Shown piece after piece: positions 12,741-25,560 of a stretch of 64,000 bases of DNA (positions are counted from its first letter, which is position 1; every line of letters begins with the position of its first letter). Location of the stretch: the NCBI RefSeq assembly GCF_009914755.1, contig NC_060947.1; one strand, given 5' to 3'. Position numbers and translations under genes: made by a program. Source of the stretch: the human T2T-CHM13v2.0 reference genome, Homo sapiens. The notes beneath the pieces are model-generated. The model searched no databases. It was not told where the DNA came from and saw only the letters and a list, made by a program, of their open reading frames with translations.

Positions 12741-13181
12741 TCTGTCCAATTTAATCAATTTTTTGAGGGTGGCTGGGCTCTAAGCTTCATGCTTATCTTT
12801 AGGGAGAATCTAGATAAACATAAAAACACAGATGTCAGATAATTAAAAAATGAACAGAGAAGTAATTACTTCATTGTATTTTGGAAAGGTAAGTTCCACC
12901 ATGCTCCTAGGGTCTGAGGTCCTTCCCATGCCTTAGACAAGTCTCTCTCTTAATAGTTAACAGTTTTCCCACACCCAGTTACCTCTACTGCATTTAACTG
13001 CCCTTGTTCTATAATTCTCAGTGCCAGATGTTACCAATGTTTCTTCTTACCTGAGTTTTCTTTCATCAAACAATACACCGCAAACCAGCTCTAGGTCACT
13101 ACTCTGATCACATTCACTCTGGCATTGAAACTTGACTGAATTTTATCATTCCATAGCTTCATAATGGTTATAACTACAACT

Positions 13182-13840
<659 letters not shown>

Positions 13841-16368
13841 CTATTTGCTTTGTTTTGTCTGCTTGTTTTGCTTCCTTTTTCTGATTTGGGGGTACATGTG
13901 CAGGTTAGTTAAATAGATCTATTGCAAGATGGTGATGTATGGGCTTTTATTGAATCTGTCACCCAAATAGTGAATATAGTACCCAATAGGTAGTTTCCAA
14001 CCCTTGACTCCAGCCCTCCTTCCACAGCTTTGGTGTCTCCAGTGTCTGTTGTTTTTATCTTTATGTCTATACATAAAGATGCTTAGTTCATACATATCAA
14101 TGTTTACCTCTCACTCATAAATGAAAACAATGCAGCATTGATTGTTCTGTTTCTGTGTTAATTCACTTATGATAATGGCCTCCAGCTACATCCATGTTGC
14201 TCTGATGGATATAATTTTGCTATTTTTTATGGCTGCATAGTATTCCATGATGTATATGTACCACATTTTCTTTATCCAAACCACCACTGATGGGCACCTA
14301 GGCTGATTCCATGCCTTTGCTATTGTGAATACTGCTGCACTAAAAATACAAGTGTAGGTGTCTTTTTGGTAGAGCACTTAATTTTCCTTTGCTTGTATAC
14401 CAAGTAATGAAATTGCAGGGTCAAATGGTACTTCTATTTTTACTTTTTGAGAATCACTCAAACTGCATTTCACAGGGGTTGAACTAATTTACATTCTCAC
14501 CAACAGTATATAAGCATTCCCTTTTCTCTGCAATTTTGCCAACATCTGTTATTTTTTGACTTTTTAATAATGGCCACTCTGATTAGTGTGAGATGGTATT
14601 TCATTGTGGTTTTGATTCACATTTCTCTCTTGATTAATGATGTTAAGCATTTTAAAAATCTGTTTGCTGGCCACTTGTATATCTTCTTTTGAGGAATGTC
14701 TGTTCCTGACCATTGCTCACTTTGAATTGGGTTATTTTTTTTCTGTTGATTTAAGTTTCTTATAGATTCTGGATATTTGTCCCTTGACAAATGCACAGTT
14801 TGCAAATATGTGTATGTGCACCCAATATCAGAACACCAAGACTAATAAAGGAATTACTACTAGAGCTAAGCAAAGAGATACAGCCACACAAAAATAATGA
14901 GGGACTTCAACACCCCACTGACAGCCTTAGACAGATCATCAAGGCAGAACACTAATAAAGAAATTCCAGATTTAGATGGACACCTAACAAATTGGGCTTA
15001 ATAGATACCTACAGAATACTGCACTCAACAGCTAAAGAATACACATTATCATCTGCAGACAGAACATACTCAAAGATTGGCCACATGGTTGGCCATAAAA
15101 GTAGTCTCAATAAATTAAAAAAATCAAAGTCATACCAAGCATCATCTCAGAGTACTGGGAAATAAAATTATAAAGCAATACCAATTGGAACTCTTAAAAC
15201 AACACAAAAAATGAAAAGAAAACAACACAGAAAATGAAAAGTAAACAACTTGCTCCTGAGCGACTTTGGGGTAAACAACAAAATTAAAGCAGAAATTTTA
15301 AAAAAGCTTGAAAGAAATGAAAACAAAGAGACAACATAAGTCAGCACATCCAAAAGATAATTCACCATGATCAACTGGGATATCTTCCTGGGATGCAGGC
15401 ATTGTACAATGTACACAAATCAATAAATGTGATTCACACATTTATTCAATAGAATCAAAAACAAAAAATATAAAATTATCTCAGTTGATGCAACAAAATT
15501 CAATAAAACCCAACAGCCTTTGATGATAAAAACCCTCTACAAACTAAGCAATGAAGGGACATATTTCAAAGTAGTAAGAGCCACCTATGATAAACCCCAA
15601 ACCAACATCATACTGAACAGGAAAAAGGTGGAAGTATTCCCTCTATAACTGTGGACAAGACAAGAGTTTCCACGCTCTCTACTATTTAACAAAGTATTGG
15701 GAGTTCTAGCCAGAGCAATAAGGCAACGGGAAGAAAGAAAAGGCATTTAAATAGGAAACCAGGAGGTCAATTTATCTCTCTCTTCACTGATGATATAACT
15801 CTATACCTAGAAACACATAAAGATTCTACCAAAAGACTCCTAGACCTAATAACTTCAGTAAAGTTTTATGGTACAAAATCAACATGCAAAACCAGCAGAA
15901 TTTCTATACACTGATAGCATTTCAGTTGAGAACCAAATCAATAATGCAATTCCATTTACAATAGCCACAACAATTAAAACACCTAGGAGACCACTTATAA
16001 TCAAGGAAGTGAAAAATAGCTACAAGGATAACTGCAAAACACTGCTGAAAGAAATCATAGAATGACACAAACAAATGGAAAAATAGTCCATGCTCATGGA
16101 TTTGAAGAATCAATATTGTTAATATGTTCATACTGCCTAATTCAATTTGCCTCTCCCGGTCTTTTAGGGGAAGCACTTAGGACATTTATATTCAAGATTA
16201 ATACTGATATATGAGGTTTTGTTCCCATCATAATGTTGTCACAGAGTTGCATTTTAATGTCAACTGTGTAGTTGCTTCATAGAGTGCCTGGGCTATGTAC
16301 TTACACGTGATTTTGTGGCAACAGGTATTGTTTCTGTGTTCAGAACTCCCATAAGAATCAAGTCAATA

Positions 16369-19338
16369 GATGAGGATCCAGTTTCATTCTCCTACACGTG
16401 GCTTGCCAATTATCCCAGCACCATTTGTTGAATAAGGTGTCGTTTCCCCCACTTTATGTTTTCGTTTGCTGTGTTGAAGATTAGTTGGTTGTAAGTACTT
16501 AGGTTTATTTCTGGGTTCTCTATTCTGTTCTATAGGTCTATGTGCCTATTTTCATATCAGTACCATGCTGTTTTGGTGACTATGGCATTATAGTATAGTT
16601 TGAAGTCAGGTAATATGTTGCCTCCAGATTTGTTCTTTTTGCTTAGTCTCGCTTTGGCTATGTGGGCTATTGCGGGCTCTTTTTTAGTTCCATATGAATT
16701 TTAGGATTGTTTTTGCTAGTTCTGTGAAGAATGATTATGGTATTTTGATGGGAATTGGATTGAATGTGTAGATTGCTTTTGGCAATATGGTCATTTTCAC
16801 AATATTGATTCTACCCATCCATGAGCATGGGACATATTTCCATTTGTTTGTGTCATCTATGATTTCGTTCAGCAGTGTTTTGTAGTTTTCCTTGTAGAAG
16901 TTTTCATCTCCCTGGTTAGGTATATTCCTAAGTATTTTCTTTTTTATTTTTTGCAGTTATTGTAAAAGGGGTTGAGTTCTTGATTTGATTCTCAGCTTGG
17001 TTGCCGTTGGTATATAGCAGAACTACTGATTTGTGTAAATTTTATATCCTGAAACTTTGCTGAATTCATTTATCAGTTCTAGGAGCTTTTTGGATGAGTC
17101 TTTAGGGTTTTCTAGGTATACGATCATATATCATCAGCAAACAGCGACAGTTTGACCTCCTCTTTACTGATTTGGATGTCTTTATTTCTCTTCTCTGATT
17201 GCTCTTGCTAGGACTTCCAGTATTATGGTGAGTAGAAGTCGTGAGAGCTGGCATCCTTGTCTTGTTTCAGTTCTCTGAGAGAGAACTTTTCCCTGTTCAG
17301 TATTACATTGGCTGAGGGTTTGTAATAGATGGCTTTTATTACACTGAGGCCTTGTATGCCGATTTTGCTGAGGGTTTTAATCATAAAGGGATGCTGGATT
17401 TTGTCCAATGCTTTTTCTGGATCTTTTGGGATGATCATGTGATTTTTGTTTCTAATTCTGTTTATGTCGGGTATCACATTTATTGACTTGCATATGTTAA
17501 ACCATCCCTGAATCCCTGGTATGAAACCCACTTGATCATGGTGAATTATTTTTTTGATATCTGTTGAATTCGGTTAGCTAGTATTTTGCTAAGGATTTTT
17601 GCATCTATGTTGATCACGGATATTGGTCTGTAGTTTTTTTGTTGTTGCTGCTGTGTCCTTTACTGGTTTTGGTATTAGGATGATACTGGCTTCATAGAAT
17701 GATTTAGGGAAGATTCCCTCTTTCTCTATCTTGTGGAATAGTGTCAATAGGATTGGTACCAATACTTCTTTGAGTGTCTGATAGAAATCAGCTGAGAATC
17801 TGGCTAGCCCTGGACTTTTTTTGTTGGTAATTTTTTTATTACCATTTCAATCTCGCTGCTTGTTATTAGTCTGTTCAGGATTTCTAACTCTTTCTGATTT
17901 AAGCTAGAAGGGTATATATCCAGGAATTTATCCATCTCCTCTAGGTTTTCTATTTTATGTGCATAAAGGTGTCCATAGTAGCCTTGAATGAACTTTTGTA
18001 TTTCTGTGTTGCTAGTTGTAATATCTCCCATTTCGTTTTTAATTGAGCTTATTTGGATCTTCTATCTTCTTTTCTTGGTTCAAAGAACTAGCTTTTTGTT
18101 TCCTTTATCTTTTGCATTGTTTAGTTTGTTTACTTCAAATTCATTTAGTTCTGGTCTGATCTTTGTTATTTCTTTTCTTCTCCTGGGTTTAGGTTTGGAA
18201 AGCAAATGCAACAAAAACAAAGATAAATAGGTGGGACGTAATTAAACTAAGGCGTTTCTGCACAGCAAGAGGAACAGTCAGTAGAGTAAACAGGCAATGT
18301 ACAGAGTGGGAGAAAATCTTTACAGTCTATACATCTGACAAAGGACTAATATCCAGAATCTACAAGGAATTCAAACAAATTAGCAAGAAAAAACAAACAA
18401 TCCCATCAAAAAATGGACTAAGGACATAAATAGACAATTCTCAAATAGACAGTTCTCAAAAGAAGATATACAAATGGCCAACAAACAGACGAAAAAAAAT
18501 GCTCAAGATCAGTAATGATCAGGGAAATGCAAATCAAAATCACAATGTGATACCACCTTACACCTGCAAGAATTTCCATGATCAAAAAGTCAAAAAATAA
18601 TAATAGATGTTAGCGAGAATGCAGTGAAAACGGAACATGTCTATACTGCTGGTGGGAATGTAAACCAGTGCAGCCACTATGAAAAACAGTGTGGAGATTC
18701 CTTAAAGAACTAGAAGTCCTTTTGGTCCAGTAATCCCACTACTGGTATCTACCCAGAGGAAAAGCAGTCATTATATGAAAAAGATACCTGTATACACATG
18801 TTTATAGCAACACAATCCACAATTGCAAAAACATGGAACCCGTCCAAATGTCCATCAATCAATGAGTGGATAAAGAAATTGTGGTATGTGTGTGTGTGTG
18901 TATTATATATGTGATATATATATGTGTATATATGTGATATGTATATGTGTATATATGTATATATATGATGGAATACTACTCAACCATAAAAAGAAACAAA
19001 TTATTGGCTTTCACAGCAACCTGGATGGAACTGGAGACTATTATTCTAAGTGAAGTAACTCAGGAATGGAAACACAAATGTCATATGTTTTCACTCATAA
19101 ATGGGAGCTAAGCTATGAGGATGCAAAGGCATAACAATGATATAATGGACTTTGGGGACCCGGGGGAAAGGGCGGGAGGGAGATGAGGGATAAAAGACTA
19201 TAAATTGCATTCGGTATGTAATGCTTGGGTGATGGGTGTACCAAAATCTCACAAATCACCATTAAAGAACTTACTCATGTAACCAAATACCACTGGTTCC
19301 TCAAAACACCTGTGGAAATAAAACAATTTTTTTAAAGT
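16369..19338 (+). mobile_element. L1PB1-like element with a twin-priming 5' inversion (minus 16369-18197, plus 18198-19338)
   Basis: Perfect 13-bp TSD aatcaagtcaata at 16356-16368 and 19339-19351; 3' UTR 'aagctatgaggatgcaaaggcata..aaagaacttactcatgtaacc'. Confidence 0.9.
18885..18968. repeat. (TG)n/(TA)n compound microsatellite inside L1PB
   Basis: Read directly. Confidence 0.9.
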
Positions 19339-22300
19339 AATCAAGTCAATAAATGTCATTCACCACATAAACATAATTAAAAACAAAAAATAAATGATTA
19401 TCTCATTAAGTGCAGAGAAAGTTTTCAATAAAATTCATCATTCCTTCATGATAAACACCCTAAACATACAAGGTATTGAGGAAACATATCTTAAAATAAT
19501 AAGAGCCATCTGTGACAAACCCAGAGCCTGTATTATACTGAATAGACAAAAGCTAGAAGGATTCCCCTTGAGAAGCAGAACAAGACAAGGATGATGACGC
19601 TCATCACTCCTATCCAACATAGTACTGGAAGTCCTAGTCAGAGAGCGGGCCAGAGAAAGAAATAAATGGCATTCAAATAGGAATAAAAGAAGCCAAATTA
19701 TGTATCTTCACTGATGATATGATCCTATACTTAGAAAACCTTGAAGACTGACAAAATCCCCTAGACCTGATAAACAACTACAGTGAATTTCAGGGTAGAA
19801 TTCCAATGTAAAATATCAGTAGCATTTCTATACACCAATAATGTTCAAGCTGAGGAACAAATAACACAATCCCATTTAAAATAGCCACAAAAAGAATAAA
19901 ATAGTAAGAATACATCTAACAAAGGAAATGAAGGATCTCTAAATGGAGAACTACAAAACACTGCTGAAAGAAATCAGAAATGACACAAACAAATGAAAAA
20001 TCCTTCCATAATCACAAACTGGAATAATTAATATCATTAAAATGGTCATTCTGCCTAAAGCAATCTAAAGACTTAATACTACTCCTGTCAAACTACCAAC
20101 ATCATTTTTCACAGAAGTAGATAAAAATATTCTAAAATTCATATAGGACCAACGAAGAGCCTGAATAGCCAAATCAATCCTAAGCAAAAAGAACCAAGCT
20201 GCAGACATCACGTTAACCAGCTTCAAACTCTATTATAAGGCTATGGCAACCAAAACAGAATTGCACTGGTACAAAAACAGACATAGAGACCAATGGAACA
20301 GAATATAAAACCCAGAAATAAATGAAGCTGCACACATACATACATCTCATCTTTGACAAAGTTGACACAAACAAGCAATGAGGAAAGGACTCGCTGTTTA
20401 ATAAATGGTGCTGGGATAACTGGCTAGCTATATGGAGAAGAATACAACTGGCCCCCTACCTTTCTCCATATACAAAATTAACTCCAGATGGATAAAATAT
20501 TTAAATGAAAGACTTCAAAGTATAAAAGTCCTAGAAGAAACCTTGAAAATATCATTCTGAATATTGGCTTTGGCAAATAATTTTGACTAAGTCTTCAAAA
20601 CCAAACACAACAAAAATAAAAATTGACCAGTGTGATCTAATTAAACTACAGATATTTTGCACAGCCAAACAAACTATCAACAGAGTAAACAGACAACACA
20701 CAGACTTAGAGAAATTATTTGCAAACCACACATCTGACAAAAGTCTAATATCCAGGAATCCCTATGGAACTTAACTCAAAAATAAGAAAAAATATCTCCA
20801 TTGAAAAGTAGGCCAAAGGCATGAACAGACATATCCCAAAAGAAGGCATACAAGTGGCCAACAAACATAAAAAATGCTCAACATCACTAGTCATCAGAGA
20901 AATTCAAATCAAAACAAAAATGAGATACTATCTGTCACCAGCCAGAATGGCTATTATTAAAATTATAGAAAATAACAGATGCTGGTGAGGCTGCAGATAA
21001 AAGAGAACATTTATGGACTGTTAGTAGGAATGTAAATTTTGGAAAGCAGTTTGAAAAGCACTTTGGAAAGCAGTTTGGAAATTTCTCAAAAAAAGTAAAA
21101 GCACAATTACCATTAAACTCAGTAATTTCATTATTCAGTATATGCCCAAAAGAAATTAAATTGTTCTACCAAAGAGACACCTGCACTTGTATGCTCATTG
21201 CAGCAGTATTCACAATAGGAAAGATACAGAATCAACTTAGGTGCCCATCAATGGTGGTTTGCATAAAGAAAATGTACTACATATTCATCATGGAATACTA
21301 TGCAGCCATAAAAAAGAATTGAAAAATGCTATTTGCAGAAACATGCATGCATTTGGAGGCCATCATTCTGATAAAAAATAATGCCAACACATAAAATCAA
21401 ATACTGCATTTTTTACTTATGAATGGGAGCTAAACATTGTGTATGTATGGAAAGAAAAATGGAAAGAAAAAACACTGAGGACTACTAGAAGAGGGAGAGG
21501 GTAAGGGGGCTGGGGCTGAAAAACTACCTATTGGGTACTATGCTCACTACCTGTGTGACAGAATCATTTGTAGCCCAAATCTCAATCTCACATAATATAC
21601 TCACGTAAAAAACCTGCACCTGTATCCTCTGAATATAAAATAAAAGTTTAAATTATATTTAAAAAATTACTCCCTAAGCGTCTCTCGTAGGACTGATCTG
21701 GTGTTGATGAATTCCATTAGCAGTTGTTTTTCTGAGAGTCTTTTTTTCTCCTTTGTTTATGAAGCTCATTTTGTCAGGATACGAAATTATTGGCTGCCAT
21801 TCCTTTTCTTTAAGAAGGCTAAAAGTAGGCCCACAATTCTTCTGATTTCTAAGGTTTCTGCACAGAAGTCCCCTGTTACTCTAATGGGAGTTATTTTATA
21901 GATAATTTGGCCCTTTTCTCTAGCTGCTTTCACATTCTTCCTTTAGCGTCAACCGTGGATAGTCTGATGACTGTGCTTTGGGCATCATCTTCTTGTATAG
22001 CATCTCACAGGATTTCTCTGAATTTCTTGTATCTGGATGTTGGCCTCTCTAGCAAGATTGGGAAAATTTCCTGGAATTATGTCATCAACTATGTTTTTCA
22101 CTTTTCTTAATTTCTTTTCTCTCTCAGGAATGCCAATACGTCATAGGTTTGGTCACTTTACATAATCCAGTATTTCTCAAAGTCTTTGTTCAGATTTTTA
22201 TTATTTTTATCTATGTTGAAGAGCTAATTTTGAGCTGTTAAATTCTTTCTTCTACTTGGTGTTGTCTATTTTCAAGTATTCAAATTGTGTTTCGAAATTT

Positions 22301-23140
22301 CTGTAGTTAATTTCTCAATTCCAGAAATTCTGTTGTGTTCTTTTTTAATGTGGCTATACTATCTTTCATATCTTGGATTGCTTTTCTGCCTTCTTTCTAT
22401 TGGATTTCAACCTTCTCTTGGATATCATTGGGTTTCCTTGCCATCCATATTCTTAATTGTATATTTGTCATTTGAGATATGTCATCCTGTCATAGAGTTA
22501 ACGTGATAATTTGGAGGTAACAAAACATTGTGGCTTTTTGTATTGCCATAGCTATGGTGCTGATTCCTTTTCATCTGAGGGAACTGATGTTTCTTTTTTT
22601 GAATTTGCTGTTTAGATGGAGCTTTTTAATTTTTTTATCAATTTTTCCATTGAGGTTGTGACTGTGGCGAATGTCTTGTATAACTGATTGTCTTCATTTC
22701 TGGTTGCTTTCACAGGGCAAACCATATGTTTGTTGGTTGCAGACAGGTTCATGCAGTGGCTTTCTCAGATGCTGTTTGTTGTAGCAATGCATTTTTCTAT
22801 TATGGTGTAATTCAGGCTGCAGTCCAGTATATGGTGCTTAAGAGTAAAAGCTGGCAGGTAGGCTATTACACGGCATGTACTCATCCTCTGCATGAATGAA
22901 GACACCAGAGACTCACAAAACATGCCCTCTCCCAATATGAGCTTGCCTTCATTGGGGATGAGGCAACCAGAGAAGCATGAAAAGTAGCCTCTTTCTGTGC
23001 ATGCTCGTAGGGCTCCAATGGGAAGAGACATTGCAGCATTTGCAACAGTTCCCTAAGGAGCAGGGGTGGGTGAAAAATGACCCCATCTCCACAACCATCC
23101 CTGGGCTATGGTGTGTCCTCCTTTAGAAATTGAAGCCTTT

Positions 23141-23669
<529 letters not shown>

Positions 23670-24134
23670 CTAAGTGTGCACTGTGGTATGGCACCTACTG
23701 TCTCAACCTGGGTCTGAGGGGGAAGTGTGGCATGTCTGTGCAAGGTGGCCCCCTGATTCTTTGTTCCCTGAAAGATCTCTGTTCACAACTGATAGTGTTG
23801 CCTGGGTCATGGGGGAAGAGGGGGTCCTCAACAGCTCAGCAGTCAGATTGACAGAGGGATGAGAGGAGGAGAGAAGAACTCCCATCTACCCTTTCTGCTG
23901 AGCTCTGAGCTCCTTGGGGTTTGATCCCAGCCAGAATTTTACTGCTTTTCCTTTCTGTGCGCCCAAGCTTCTTCAGATGGGTGCTCCAACAGATCCTGGC
24001 TCTCCTCTACTCATTTTCCACTCTAAACTTGTCCATTCACTGTTAATATTTATCTTTCTTCAAGGGAGAACTGGCATGTAATGTCCCTAGTCAGCCATCG
24101 TGAAGACTAAAAACTCGGTTTTATTTTTGCTTGT

Positions 24135-24230
24135 TTTATTATTTAAACAGTTAAGGTTCTGAGAGGTTAAATAATTAACTGAATGTGACAGAGCAAGGAT
24201 TTCAGTTTAAGTTCTCTAGTTTCAAATCAT
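24135..24230 (-). mobile_element. MIR fragment
   Basis: 'ggttctgagaggttaaataattaactgaatgtgacagagcaaggatttcag'. Confidence 0.55.
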
Positions 24231-24501
24231 TGAATTTTCCAATATTCTAAGCTTCCTCTCTAAGCAGAAGTAATTTGTAGACATGTTAATCATAGCACAG
24301 TATGTAGGCGTGCAGGTGATAGGAAAAAAAGCAAACATTATTTCTTGCAGAACACCAGTGTGACATTTGCTAGAGATGCAAAACTGAATAAAATAAAACA
24401 TAAATCTTTGAAACATATTACCTTTTTCCAAACTGCTCTGTATCCCACAATGATGACAGCCATTATAATTGTCCTAAGAACTACTGTGTGGTGGGTTGGG
24501 T

Positions 24502-24510
24502 CAAGATGGC
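24502..24510 (+). promoter_or_regulatory. YY1-type motif at the L1 5' end
   Basis: caagatggc, matching the known L1 5'-terminal YY1 core; function untested. Confidence 0.5.
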
Positions 24511-25004
24511 AGACTAAAAGCAGTTCATGTGTGCCACTCTCATAGAAAAAATATAATACTTAAGCTACTGAACACTGACCCTATATGCCAGTCATCTAAG
24601 AATTCAAATCAGGATCAATAAAGGCAGCAAGGGGATACAGGGAGCAGAAAGGAGTAAAGCTGGGCACAGCCTATTTGGAATCAATGTGGAGCTAGGAGAA
24701 ACTCCCCAACATGGGAAAGGGTGAGTAAGTGAGAGCCCCGCTGGCAGATTCACATTCTCCACAGGGACCTGTGCAAGACTGAGAACTGGAGAATCCCCCC
24801 GCCTTCCCAAACCCCTCCACACTTACAAACTGTACAGAGAGCCACCCAGGTGTTTTGCAGAGGCAACTCTCAAGTCCTTGGAGACCTCTACAAGTCTTGC
24901 ACCATGAAATAGACCTGCACCAGTGCCATAGCCCCAATAGACACAACAGTCATGACACCTGGGGACAGTAAGATTACTCCACCCTCCCTTGCCAAACAAG
25001 GCTC

Positions 25005-25560
25005 CGCACTAGCTTCCAGCCCAGTGGTCCCACTTCTGCCTAAACTCAGCCAGTAGCTCCACCCTGTTGTTCTGGGAAACAGACAAAAGGGCAGGTGACC
25101 TCACTCACTCAGCTGCTGTTAGCCAGGAGGGTAACACCTGCTACAGCTTTCAGCCCAGTAGTCCCGCTACTGTTTCAACTCAGCCAGTGAGTACATCCTC
25201 CTGCTATCCTGGGAAACACCCAGATGTCACCGTGAGCAACTCCACCCACCCCTGCCTCTTGTAGCCAGGTGGGCAATACTTGATAGAGCTTCTAGCCCAG
25301 CAGTCCTACTTCTGCCTGAATTCTGTAAGGGTCACAGCACCCTGTTATCCTTGGAAACACCTGGATGGCTGGGTGAGAAACTATACACTCACGTCTGCCT
25401 CTCATAACCAGACGGGCCACATCCACTAGAGCTTCCAGTCCAGTGGTACTGTTTCTGCCTGAACTCTGTGGGCAGGCACAACCCCATGTTCCCCTGGGAA
25501 GCATGTGGACAGATTAGGTGACCGCAGCCACACCCAAATCTCCTAGCCAAGTGGGACTTG
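25005..25560 (+). repeat. Four ~140-bp tandem units in the L1 5' UTR
   Basis: 'agctt..agcccag..gtcc..acttctgcct..aactc' recurs at 25011, 25145, 25287 and 25430. Confidence 0.85.

Larger units (their letters stand above)
16356..21668 (+). mobile_element. 5'-truncated L1 (L1PA16-like), main body 19339-21668, nested in the host L1
   Basis: ORF2 'aagtcaataaatg..' runs to a 3' end 'aacctgcacctgtatcctctgaatataaaataaaag'; flanks actcccataag and actccctaag. Confidence 0.8.

Noticed and set aside
21038-21081. Three to four copies of a 12-mer (tttggaaagcag)
   Set aside because: Local slippage duplication inside L1 ORF2
25005-25560. Regularly spaced repeats as a possible CRISPR-like array
   Set aside because: Whole units are homologous with no unique spacers; eukaryotic L1 5' UTR context and no cas genes
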